Part shown: positions 49,507 to 60,450 of the stretch, piece after piece | Position numbering within the stretch: position 1 is the first letter of the stretch | Layout of the letters: every line of letters starts with the position of its first letter | Assembly (NCBI GenBank): GCA_964199315.1 | Contig: OZ116706.1 | Location: forward strand, 8,432,001 to 8,496,000 | Source: Orbicella franksi | Taxonomy: Eukaryota | Length of the DNA: 64,000 nt | Reading direction: 5' to 3' | Notes under the pieces: model-generated | What the model saw: the letters and a program-made list of their open reading frames with translations, nothing else | What the model was told of the DNA's origin: nothing | Databases searched by the model: none | Made by a program: the position numbers and the translations under genes

Positions 49507-50372
49507 TAAGAATGGAATCTAAGCTTTACAACAAAGAATTCAAAAGGAACACAATCGGCAATTGAAACACCGTTGTAAACAAAGCAAGTAGCCTTCACTT
49601 ATATTTATATCAGGTGCACTTTCAGCTTGCATTACAAGACTGTTATCTATACAGGCCCTGTTCCAATAAAATATAAAAACTTGAAAATTATATGTTGAAA
49701 AGATAAAATACCACCATAGTGTGATTGTCTGGGTAATGTTGTTACAATAAGAATAAAATAAAATACTTTTGAAAGCGAGGTTAAGGTGATTGCTTTGTTT
49801 TGCCAGTGTCAGTTTAGCTCATTGCAATCCATTTTAACCTTTTTCTGGTATGAATAGCTGCTCTCTTTTTTTGCCTGGTTAATGTGTCTATTACGTTTTA
49901 TTTTACAGTTCCCTTCATTCCTACTTCGGCCATTGTATGTGCTTGGTAATTCGGCTATTCTACGTCGGCTTTCTTTCCCAGCCATTTCGTCCGATTTGAA
50001 GCCCACATTGATGAACAGAATAGTCCAAAATAACGCCCCTTAAAGATATATGAGAACATAAAAATCCGTTTTCCGTTTCCGGTAAACAGAAAATGTTCTG
50101 GCCCTAGCTATTCGAAGGCTGGATAACGCTATCCATCGGATAAATCGCTATACAGTGGATAAGTGTTGACAAAAGAAACCACGCTATCCGGTGGATAGTT
50201 ATTTATCTCGCCCGGGTTGTCACTTATTTATCCAGTGGATAAGTTGTCAACAACTTATCCAGTGGATAGCGATTTATCCGCTGGATAGCGTTATCCAGCC
50301 TTCGGACAACTGGGCCCTGGTGGATAACGATATCCACCTTTCGAACGACCCGGTCTGGTGTTTATCTGGGCC

Positions 50373-52187
50373 CTAACTGAAGTACCAATCAAGTCTTTCT
50401 TTGGGTAGACAAAGAACCTCAGTTTGAACGTGGAAGGCGCTGAACGGCATGTGTGTTGCAATGGTCCACTGACGGACTTCAACATCCCAGCATTCCACGC
50501 TGTCCAGTGCATCTTCTTCGCTCTCGCCTCCAAACACGAAAACACGATTTGCCAGAGCGCCTATCCCAGCAGCACAGCGCGCTGTGTTCAGTCTCCCAGG
50601 CTCCACGGTCCACTGATCACTGGTAGGATCATACATCTCGCAACAGTCTAGAATTCCAGAGTCATGATCGTTCTCTCGACCACCCACCACCAAAACTCTA
50701 CCGCTCACGACCGCTGCAGAAGCGAAAAAGCGCCTTTTCACCATAGAATCCACCAAGATCCAGCGGTCCTGCTGCGGTTCGTATCGCTCTACCGTGCGCA
50801 GGAAGGTATCATCTACACCGCGTCCTCCTATCGCGAGGATATTACCATCGAGCACCACTGCGCATAAGCCTTGCCGAGCACAGTTCATGCTCGTGACAGG
50901 GTACCATTTATCCACCGCGGGGTTGTACCGACTGACTCGAGCTGACACCGTGGTACCGTCGTTCTCATGGTGGATGCCACCGAGGACGTACACCTGGCCT
51001 TGGAGAGTGACCGCAGCCGAGAAGCAGCTTCCTCTCGGCAGTGAGGCGCGAGTGTTCCAGGCACTGCCACCTGGAACAAAGCACTGGACTAAGCGGCTGC
51101 CTTCTTGGCTGAAAACGGAGTGATGTCCAATGCTGTAAAGAACACCGTTACACAAAACCGTCGAGTGACCTTTTCGCCCATGAAGCATATCCGGTAAATC
51201 AAACCATTTATTAATGGCAGGCACGTAGCAGACAGTGTGTTTAATGTTTTGAGTAACATACTTGCTTCCAGTGCCACCACACATAACTACAGCACTAACA
51301 AACTCCTTAGGGACTTCCGTACTACTTATGCTGATATCCTCGTGTAAACCGACTGTTTGGAGTGCTTCCTGAACAAGCGACAAACACGGGGTGCTTTCCC
51401 GAACGAGTGTTTCTCTGGCTACAATATTCAAAAGAACGTCCCTTGACATTCGTCTCAGGCGAACACAAGAGAAAAGATCTTTAAAATGGCACGCTCTGAT
51501 GTCTAAGTCGTGCCTGATCCATTGCACGACTGCACTAAAGACATCCTTCTCACTCGTCACCGCAAGATCATCGTTCGAGATGACCTCCTCCAGCAAAGTC
51601 TCCTGTAAACTGAGAAACGACGGAGTGCCAGTAGCTTGCACGAAATTTGCGCTGATGAAACGGGTACAAGACGATTTCAACGCCTGGAGCGAATGCTCGT
51701 CGGCCACAGATAGAATGGAGAAGCAGTTGTAAAGGTTCAAGTGCTCTTGCAAGAAGTCTGTGACAGCCTCTTGTAGATCCTCGATTATGAAGTACGCAGC
51801 AGCTGTTAAGATTAACTCAGCGTTGTCTCCTAACTGTATTTGTCCCGTGTACATGTAGTCTAAGATATCGCCCACATCATCGGGGTACAGCCATTCCAAA
51901 TCGACCTCAAAATGATCACTCCTTGGCCGCGAATTAAAACTGAACAGCTTTCGAAAATAATGACTAGAAGCTGCAAGGACAGTGCAGTGTGCAGGAAATT
52001 TTCGTCCTCCTTTTACGTTGATGATAACATCACAAAACATTCCTTCCTTTCTGAAATCGTTCATTGTTCGAAGAAGCTGACTTGAGTAAGAAATGTTGTT
52101 AGCATCGAGAAGCTCTGCAGCTTGACGTTCGCCCTTCATCTTTGTATTCATCAGAGTTACGTAATCACGACGGTTCAGCTCATACAT
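50373..52187 (-). CDS. BTB-BACK-Kelch protein K2, 604 aa
   Basis: Intact ORF with the same domain architecture as K1 and a C-terminus of LPKERLDWYFS. Confidence 0.92.
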   Translation of the reverse strand: MYELNRRDYVTLMNTKMKGERQAAELLDANNISYSSQLLRTMNDFRKEGMFCDVIINVKGGRKFPAHCTVLAASSHYFRKLFSFNSRPRSDHFEVDLEWLYPDDVGDILDYMYTGQIQLGDNAELILTAAAYFIIEDLQEAVTDFLQEHLNLYNCFSILSVADEHSLQALKSSCTRFISANFVQATGTPSFLSLQETLLEEVISNDDLAVTSEKDVFSAVVQWIRHDLDIRACHFKDLFSCVRLRRMSRDVLLNIVARETLVRESTPCLSLVQEALQTVGLHEDISISSTEVPKEFVSAVVMCGGTGSKYVTQNIKHTVCYVPAINKWFDLPDMLHGRKGHSTVLCNGVLYSIGHHSVFSQEGSRLVQCFVPGGSAWNTRASLPRGSCFSAAVTLQGQVYVLGGIHHENDGTTVSARVSRYNPAVDKWYPVTSMNCARQGLCAVVLDGNILAIGGRGVDDTFLRTVERYEPQQDRWILVDSMVKRRFFASAAVVSGRVLVVGGRENDHDSGILDCCEMYDPTSDQWTVEPGRLNTARCAAGIGALANRVFVFGGESEEDALDSVECWDVEVRQWTIATHMPFSAFHVQTEVLCLPKERLDWYFS

Positions 52188-53554
52188 ACTGATAGTAACT
52201 GCACGTGCAATACTTGTTGTTCTGGTTAATATTTGCTGTCGACTTAATTATATATGCACGCTTCATGTTTCATATTTTCTGGGAGATCTAAAAATTGCCG
52301 CAACCTCTATGACGGCTACGACGACAGAAAGCAAGGGACAGCTACTAAAGGAATGAATTTCTTCCCACTCTTTATTTGCACTGGGAAATACTGAAGTAGC
52401 CATCCTAAAACCGCTAGGCACTGAGGCGTTAAATAACATCGGGGGTTGCCGAGCATTGAAATATAGCACGAAAAAATTAGCACTAAAAAACCTAAGTGCC
52501 ATACTGCAAGAAATTCTGCAAACGGTTAACCCGCTTTACTGGTGGAGTCCCAAGGGATTTAGAAACAATCCAGTTATTTAACTAACTTTACAGACACAGC
52601 CATTAAATTTTATTACGTGATGGAATAGAGCTGTTTTAATTGGTGTCGAAAGGACCAGAAACCACAAAAGGGGTCGACAAAATGTGAAATCTGTGAAGGA
52701 TATAAACGGTTTTCTATCGACCATCGTCGACCAAGACGCTAAAAAAGCCCCGCATCTCACAGGTTTGAAGGATACCGCAATTCAAGATAAATTAAAAACT
52801 ACCGAAAGATCTTATGTCTGAGCCCTGGGGCCTTCTCCTCAACAAGCTCCATCTTGACACCTAAACTAATTGATGAGGCTAATTTTCTTTCATCAGTTAC
52901 AACTCAGTACCCACTATGTTTGACTTTTTCTACGCTACCTTGTTTTTGCTAATTCTATTAATTTTCTTGATCTTTTACGTATGTTCTATAGCACGGGGAT
53001 CTTGTTTGATTCGTTTGAAACATGGGGGAGGAATTCAACTTGGTCTTTGCAGTAAGAAGTCAGAAGAATTCACTGCCGTTTTGTATTAGTTCTGAGAAGA
53101 GACACGTGATGGAATCCATTTCCGGTATCTGAGTTCGGAGAAAGCCTCGATTTTCAAGGAAAAAAGCCTTGAATATTCGGAGAAAAAAAGGAACAGGAAA
53201 CTCTCTCTAGATAAAAGAAAGGATGAACGTGATTACTTGGATTCCACTAGGATCACGCAAGCGGGACTATAAGAAATGAATACAATCCAGTAAATATGAA
53301 TCTCTTCAGCAAAACATTTTAATTTTGCATACGTTATCAGACATTCAGACTTCAAAGAAGTCTTCGCAGTATATTTCCGGTTAACCGAATACAACTCGGA
53401 AGTATACAGAGGACACAACTCAGCTCAAGCAACTGGAATGTTAGCGTTTTGCAGTTCTCAGCCTAATCCTGAGGGATTAGGGAGATGACTGGAATTCCAG
53501 GCTCTAAAGCTATTCGACGGGAGACTGTTTACATGAGTGATGCGGGTCATTTAA

Positions 53555-53959
53555 GCCTGTGGATACCAAACTTTAGCCAAAAAATACCGTTTTTTTTTTT
53601 TGTTTTTGTTTGCCATTAACCGTTACACTGGCTACCTTTTGCGTTGTATGTTCTTTCTGGCTGGCTTGAAAAGTTAGATGTTAATCACGGGCGAAGCCTA
53701 GAAAAGGACCTTGATCAATCATTGGCGTAGTGGACCATTTTACCACCGTTTTTGCACCAAAACTGATAACGTTGTTTTCCGATTTGTGACGTCGGAATGT
53801 CGTCGATATCTAAACCTGACAGTTGTGTGGAAAGGTCTAGCCTAGTACTACTATCTGCTTATCAAGAATGTCTGATGACATTTAAATTGACGACGTCACA
53901 AGTGGTACAAAGAGCACGACCATTAAGTGGCCGTATATGGCCACTTGGGCGTCAAAGGG
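53555..53959. mobile_element. TTAA-flanked 405-bp insertion (piggyBac-like MITE), unit-specific
   Basis: TTAA at 53551-53554 and 53960-53963, right end AAAGGG. The paralogous sites near 46915 and 61348 are empty. The left terminus is degenerate. Confidence 0.65.
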
Positions 53960-55061
53960 TTAATTTAACGGTTTGAGCAGTACATCCAGCCAGAAGGCCT
54001 TTATCGCCTCACCTGTTATGGACAACATTTTATCTTTTCAATTATTATGTTGTATATTTTCTTCCGGCATCAAAATAATTAAGAACCAAAACATTTTTGC
54101 ATACCTTCTCGCCAAGAATATTTCGCCACTATAATTTCCAGAAAATAAAGCTGAAATGATGCTCGCTCCAGTGAGCAGATCTAGTGACAATACTCTCGTT
54201 TAATTACGAATCATAAAGAAACTTAACACTCAGCCGAAGGACATTGAATTCTACTTGCAATTAAATCGAGTCCGTTACACTATATTGCACTCATGGAAGT
54301 TTTCGAAATAAACATTAAATACTTCCTTGTTCCGGTTTGAAGGCTAATTACTGAAAACGTACGGGGCATTTTTCACATTGTAGTCCATTGCCATCTACGC
54401 TATCGTCAGTCCGCAGAACAGGCGGCTTAGCGGGACGAAGCGTGAGCACGATAGATGTCACCGACGCGCGAGAAAGGCGCGCTCCGGGTTTGTGTATCGC
54501 ACATCGCACTGTACCCCGCTACGCTTTGTTTATTAGTCATTCTCACTTAGTAAGGGATGGACCGTTATTTTTTGAGGGGGATGGAGGATGTTGAGAAGTT
54601 TTCTGAGGCATGACTTTTTTTCTCGCTTTTAATGGGTAATAGCTTGTGCACGAATTTTTTTCACATCCAAAATAGAACCTGAATAGTAGAAAGCACTTGC
54701 TCGAATTTTTCCCATAGCTCCCCTTGCAAGATTATTTTTTGCTCTGCACAAATTTTTTTTGGGGGGGTAATTGCCCAACCCCTCCCCCCCCCCACTAATC
54801 ACTAATCAATCTTTATTTACACTCAATCTTGCTCAAAATAAGAAATTACAACAATCCCCTCAAAAAAAATTAACGGTCCGTCTCTAATGGTTTTTGTCAT
54901 TTCTAGAGTACTGTTCTCCAAAATTAACTTACTATCACTTCACTGTTACCAGTATCTTCTCGATTCTGATAGTTAGGTTCGTAGTACGAATATATGTGTC
55001 TCAACCAAACATCGCCACACTGATTAATTAAGGCTGGCTTTCGGTTGTACAACATTTTCAA

Positions 55062-55345
55062 TCAGAGAACGTTGCAAAACTCAAAAATCTCTTTTGCGAC
55101 TCTGAGGACACCACACTGGACCCAGGATCTTTTACAAGGTATTTTGCTGACGGTTTCCCAGCTTCTCCTGCGCTCGTCAGAACACTCCATGCTGTCCAAG
55201 CTCCCCGAGTTATTACAGCCTCCAAACAGGTAAATCCGGTTGCCAAGTCTTGTGACACCAGCCGCTTGGCGCGGGACGGAGATGTTTGGAAGCGAGGCCC
55301 ATTCCTCGGTGGCCAGATACAGCACCTCGCAGAAAGAGAGATACA
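55062..55345 (-). pseudogene. Kelch terminal exon S2, 5'-truncated by a Penelope insertion
   Basis: Paralog of S1 with an open frame (...RIYLFGGCNNSGSLDSMECS...EFCNVL*). The acceptor and first codons are replaced by PLE sequence. Confidence 0.8.
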
Positions 55346-56550
55346 CCTTTGTTCTGCCAAGAATGGCAGAACAAAGGCACTACCATGGGATCTCCTATTT
55401 CACTGATAGTTGGCAACCTTTACATGGATGAGAAACCATAAACTGCAAGGGACCGCATACGATAAACGCTGCCAACGTAGGAACTACAAGAGATCTGATC
55501 AGCACTTCGAGAAGTTTGCCCTATCTACGGCACCCAATCCACCTGACATCTGGTATCGTTATGTGGATGACACGTTCACTAAAATGCACGCTGCCAACAT
55601 TGATAGTTACACCCAACATATCAACAGCATTAACCCTCACATAAAGTTTACCAGCGAGCAAGAGGAAGACGGTAAACTACCCTTCCTTGACACGTGTGTC
55701 CATGTAAATGAAGATGGGAGCACAAAAACAGCTGTGTATAGGAAACCCACCCACCCGGATCAATATCTCAATTTGACCTCCAACCATCATATATATCATA
55801 AACGTTCAGTTGTGAGGACCCTCCTACACAGAGCAGAACACCTTGTTGGCGAGGAGGAAGATAAGGCAAAGGAAGTACGGCACATGCAGAATGCGCTACT
55901 CGCAAATGGTTACAAACGCTGGATGTTTTAAGTCCCTTTTCGACCCAGCCCCACAGGTCAGGAGAGCAGCACCTCGGGGTCACCTAGACCAACCTCCGTA
56001 GGCCTGCCTTGTGTGTCTGGACTCTCAGAACATCTTAGTAGAGTCTTTAGGGCACAAGAAATCCGCACATACCACAAGCCTTACAACACGCTGAGGTCCA
56101 TCTTAGTCCATCTTAAAGACAGGACACCAACCGAAAAGAAGACGGGCGTGGTATACGACATTACATGCAAAGATTGCGGAGAGCATTACATTGGCGAGAC
56201 AGCGAGAACTCTGGAGAAGCGAGTGGGTGAAACATCAGAGACAAACAACATCTGCAATCCGGGAACACCAGTCTCAGGCCAACCACGAGGTCGACTGGGA
56301 AGGAGTCAAGATTCTTGATAGAGTCGATAGTTATCAAAAGGAAAATCAAGGAGGCCATCCATATCAGACGTCAACGCCCAACACTGGACAGGGACGGGGG
56401 CTGTGATCTTCCCGCCAGTTTTGACCATCTGTTGTCACGTGATTAAACAATTTGCATTCACGTGACAACGAAAGCTCATTTTAATCGCTGATGAAGACTG
56501 TGCGATACAGTCGAAAGCTTCGTTTGCAAACAGGCCTTGTGACAAGAATA
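55346..56550 (+). mobile_element. Decayed, 5'-truncated Penelope-like element (RT and GIY-YIG)
   Basis: [45 protein letters not shown], and GVVYDITCKDCGEHYIGETARTL. It has frameshifts, a ~70-bp interruption near 55430-55500, a 12-bp inverted repeat (56431-56442/56458-56469) and a hammerhead at the 3' end. Confidence 0.92.
56483..56525 (+). ncRNA. Minimal type I hammerhead ribozyme motif (PLE-associated, slightly decayed)
   Basis: Helix I AATCG/CGTTT (1 mismatch), CTGATGA plus an extra A, helix II GACTG-TGCGATA-CAGTC, GAAA, palindromic AGCT. Confidence 0.6.
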
Positions 56551-56683
56551 ATTGTTCGTTTGGTTTGGGATAGTTTTATCACTGTCTCATTTACTACTGA
56601 AATCTCAATTCGAAAATCATGTTGGCTTATTTGCGGAGGAAATAACATTGATTTCGAGTCATTTTTCTCGAATGTAAGTACTA

Positions 56684-56873
56684 CAGTGGAACCCCGCCTT
56701 ACGACCACCCCGTTAATACGACCACCTCGTTATTACGGCCACTTTATTCTGGCCCAAAAAAAAAAGCTCAGTCAATCATTTTCTTATTTAAAGAACCCCT
56801 TTAATACGACCACCTCGTTAATGACACCATTTTTTCATGGCCCAAAGGTGGTCGCATTAACGGGGTTCCACTG
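56684..56873. mobile_element. 190-bp Tc1/mariner-type MITE
   Basis: TIR CAGTGGAACCCC / GGGGTTCCACTG, TA on both flanks, internal TTAATACGACCACC repeats. It is absent from the paralogous site near 42690. Confidence 0.85.
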
Positions 56874-58031
56874 TATGTAGGTTTTGAAAGTGGTCACTTC
56901 CTTATCAGTTTTGGCGGATGTAAAAATAGCTCTCTATCTATTTTAGGACGCGTTTCATTGAAATATATTACTCCTCCGTTGAAAGATGAGCTATAGTGCG
57001 CAGCTATAATTGTAGCCTTCACCAGGATCGTACACGAATTCAGGCCGATATAGTGATACGTGCTTCACTAGCCGTCAGATTACTCTATTTTTGGAGCGCT
57101 AGATTCCTTTATAATTTCTAAAGTGACGGGCTGCAAACCCGACAATGAAAATAACATTTTAGTCTGAAGGAATCTAAGCTTTACAACAAAGAATTGAAAA
57201 GGAACACAATCGCAAATTTAAACAACGTTGCAAACAAAGCAAGTAGCCTTCACTTATATTTATATCAGGTGCACTTTCTGCTTGTATTACAAGACTGTTA
57301 TCTATACAGGCCCTGTTCCAATAAAATACAAACACTTGAAAATTATATGTTGGAAAGTTAAAATACCACCATAGTGTGATTGTCTGGGTAATGTTGTTAC
57401 AATAAGAATAAAATAAAATACTTTTGAAGGCGAGGTTAAGCTAGGTGATTGCTTTGTTTTGTCAGTTAACATAAGCTCATTGCAATCCATTTTAACATTT
57501 TTGTGGTATGAATAGCTGCTCTCTTTTTTAGCCTGGTTAATGTGTCTATTACGTTTTATTTTACAGTTCCCTTCATTCCTACTTCGGCCATTGTATGTGC
57601 TTGGTAATTCGGCTATTCTACGTCGGCTTTCTTTCCCAGCCATTTCCTCCGATTTGAAGCCCACGATGATGGAACAGAATAGTCCAAAATATATAACGCC
57701 CCTTAAATCTATGAAAACATAAAATCCGTTTTCGTTTGCGGTAAACAGAAAATGTTCTGGCCCTAGCTATTCGAAGGCTGGATAACGCTATCCACCGGAT
57801 AAATCGCTATACAGTGGATAAGTGTTGACAAAACAAACCTCGCTATCCGCTGGATAGTTATTTATCTGGCCCGGGTTGTCAGTTCTTTATCCAGTGGATA
57901 AGTTGTCAACAACTTATCCAGTGGATAGCGATTTATCCGCTGGATAGCGTTATCCAGCCTTCGGACAACTGGGCCCTGGTGAATAATGTTATCCATCTTT
58001 TGAAGAACCTGGTCTGGTGTTTATCTGGGCC

Positions 58032-59846
58032 CTAACTGAAGTACCAATCAAGTCTTTCTTTGGGTAGACAAAGAACCTCAGTTTGAACGTGGAAGGCGCT
58101 GAACGGCATGTGTGTTGCAATGGTCCACTGACGGACTTCAACATCCCAGCATTCCACGCTGTCCAGTGCATCTTCTTCGCTCTCGCCTCCAAACACGAAA
58201 ACACGATTTGCCAGAGCGCCTATCCCAGCAGCACAGCGCGCTGTGTTCAGTCTCCCAGGCTCCACGGTCCACTGATCACTGGTAGGATCATACATCTCGC
58301 AACAGTCTAGAATTCCAGAGTCATGATCGTTCTCTCGACCACCCACCACCAAAACTCTACCGCTCACGACCGCTGCAGAAGCGAAAAAGCGCCTTTTCAC
58401 CATAGAATCCACCAAGATCCAGCGGTCCTGCTGCGGTTCGTATCGCTCTACCGTGCGCAGGAAGGTATCATCTACACCGCGTCCTCCTATCGCGAGGATA
58501 TTACCATCGAGCACCACTGCGCATAAGCCTTGCCGAGCACAGTTCATGCTCGTGACAGGGTACCATTTATCCACCGCGGGGTTGTACCGACTGACTCGAG
58601 CTGACACCGTGGTACCGTCGTTCTCATGGTGGATGCCACCGAGGACGTACACCTGGCCTTGGAGAGTGACCGCAGCCGAGAAGCAGCTTCCTCTCGGCAG
58701 TGAGGCGCGAGTGTTCCAGGCACTGCCACCTGGAACAAAGCACTGGACTAAGCGGCTGCCTTCTTGGCTGAAAACGGAGTGATGTCCAATGCTGTAAAGA
58801 ACACCGTTACACAAAACCGTCGAGTGACCTTTTCGCCCATGAAGCATATCCGGTAAATCAAACCATTTATTAATGGCAGGCACGTAGCAGACAGTGTGTT
58901 TAATGTTTTGAGTAACATACTTGCTTCCAGTGCCACCACACATAACTACAGCACTGACAAACTCCTTAGGGACTTCCGTACCACTTATGCTAATATGCTC
59001 GTGTAAACCGACTGTTTGGAGTGCCTCCTGAACAAGCGACAAACACGTGGTGCTTTCCCGAACGAGCGTTTCTCTGGCTACAATATTCAAAAGAACGTCC
59101 CTTGACATTCGTCTCAGGCGAACACAAGAGAAAAGATCTTTAAAATGGCACGCTCTGTTGTCTAAGTCGTGCCTGATCCATCGCACGACCGCACTAAAGA
59201 CATCCTTCTCATTCGTCACAGCAAGATCATCGTTCGAGATGACCTCCTCCAGCAAAGTCTCCTGTAAACTGAGAAACGACGGAGTGCCAGTAGCTTGCAC
59301 GAAATTTGCGCTGATGAAACGGGTACAAGACGATTTCAACGCCTGGAGCGAATGCTCGTCGGCCACAGATAGAATGGAGAAGCAGTTGTAAAGGTTCAAG
59401 TGCTCTTGCAAGAAGTCTGTGACAGCCTCTTGTAGATCCTCGATTATGAAGTACGTAGCAGCTGTTAAGATTAACTCAGCGTTGTCTCCTAACTGTATTT
59501 GTCCCGTGTACATGTAGTCTAAGATATCGCCCACATCATCGGGGTACAGCCATTCCAAATCGACCTCAAAATGATCACTCCTTGGCCGCGAATTAAAACT
59601 GAACAGCTTTCGAAAATAATGACTAGAAGCGGCAAGGACAGTGCGGTGTGCAGCAAATTTTCGTCCTCCTTTTACGTTGATGATAACATCACAAAACATT
59701 CCTTCCTTTCTGAAATCGTTCATTGTTTGAAGAAGCTGACTTGAATAAGAAATGTTGTTAGCATCGAGAAGCTCTGCAGCTTGACGTTCGCCCTTCATCT
59801 TTGTATTCCTCAGAGTTACGTAATCACGACGGTTCAGCTCATACAT
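58032..59846 (-). CDS. BTB-BACK-Kelch protein K3, 604 aa
   Basis: Intact ORF with 11 amino-acid differences from K2, all N-terminal to the kelch propeller. Confidence 0.92.
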   Translation of the reverse strand: MYELNRRDYVTLRNTKMKGERQAAELLDANNISYSSQLLQTMNDFRKEGMFCDVIINVKGGRKFAAHRTVLAASSHYFRKLFSFNSRPRSDHFEVDLEWLYPDDVGDILDYMYTGQIQLGDNAELILTAATYFIIEDLQEAVTDFLQEHLNLYNCFSILSVADEHSLQALKSSCTRFISANFVQATGTPSFLSLQETLLEEVISNDDLAVTNEKDVFSAVVRWIRHDLDNRACHFKDLFSCVRLRRMSRDVLLNIVARETLVRESTTCLSLVQEALQTVGLHEHISISGTEVPKEFVSAVVMCGGTGSKYVTQNIKHTVCYVPAINKWFDLPDMLHGRKGHSTVLCNGVLYSIGHHSVFSQEGSRLVQCFVPGGSAWNTRASLPRGSCFSAAVTLQGQVYVLGGIHHENDGTTVSARVSRYNPAVDKWYPVTSMNCARQGLCAVVLDGNILAIGGRGVDDTFLRTVERYEPQQDRWILVDSMVKRRFFASAAVVSGRVLVVGGRENDHDSGILDCCEMYDPTSDQWTVEPGRLNTARCAAGIGALANRVFVFGGESEEDALDSVECWDVEVRQWTIATHMPFSAFHVQTEVLCLPKERLDWYFS

Positions 59847-60317
59847 ACTGATAGTAACTGCACGTGCAATACTTGTTGTTCTGGTTAATATTTGCTGTCG
59901 ACTTAATTATATATGCACGCTTCATGTTTCATATTTTCTGGGAGATCTAAAAATTGCCGCAACCTCTATGACGGCTACGACGAAAGAAAGCAAGGGAAAG
60001 CTACTAAAGGAATGAATTTCTACCCACTCTTTATTTGCACTGGGAAATACTGAAGTAGCCATCTTAAAACCGCTAGGCACTGAGGCGTTAAATAACATCG
60101 GGGGTTGCCGAGCATTGAAATATAGCACGAAAAAATTAGCACAAAAAAACCTAAGTGTCATATTGCAAGAAATTCTGCAAGCGGTTAAGCCGCTTTACTG
60201 GTGGAGTCCCGAGGGATTTAGAAATAATCCAGTTCTTTGACTAACTTTACAGACACAGCCATTAAATTTTATTATGTGATGGAATAGAGCTGTTTTAATA
60301 TGTGTCGAAACGACCAG

Positions 60318-60450
60318 GGCTAAACTCCAGAATACCCGGCCACTTATTAGCATCTCATTGAATAAGAATAGCAACTATTGTTATATACCTCGTTCTTCAA
60401 AGCCCACCGACACATGTAAATAAAGTGGCCGGGTATTCTGAAGTTGCTCC
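60318..60450. mobile_element. 133-bp MITE with 8-bp TSD (hAT-like), unit-specific
   Basis: TSD ACGACCAG at 60310-60317 and 60451-60458. Subterminal IR AGAATACCCGGCCACTT / AAGTGGCCGGGTATTCT. The site near 52650 is empty. Confidence 0.85.

Noticed and set aside
49809-50006. ORF MGFKSDEMAGKESRRR..., repeated at 57302-57664
   Set aside because: It starts at GTG, is frameshifted in the copy near 43400, and has no recognisable domain. Duplication explains the recurrence.
43915-59391. Repeated + strand and alternative-frame ORFs over K1-K3
   Set aside because: These are shadow frames of the kelch CDS and recur only because the gene is duplicated.
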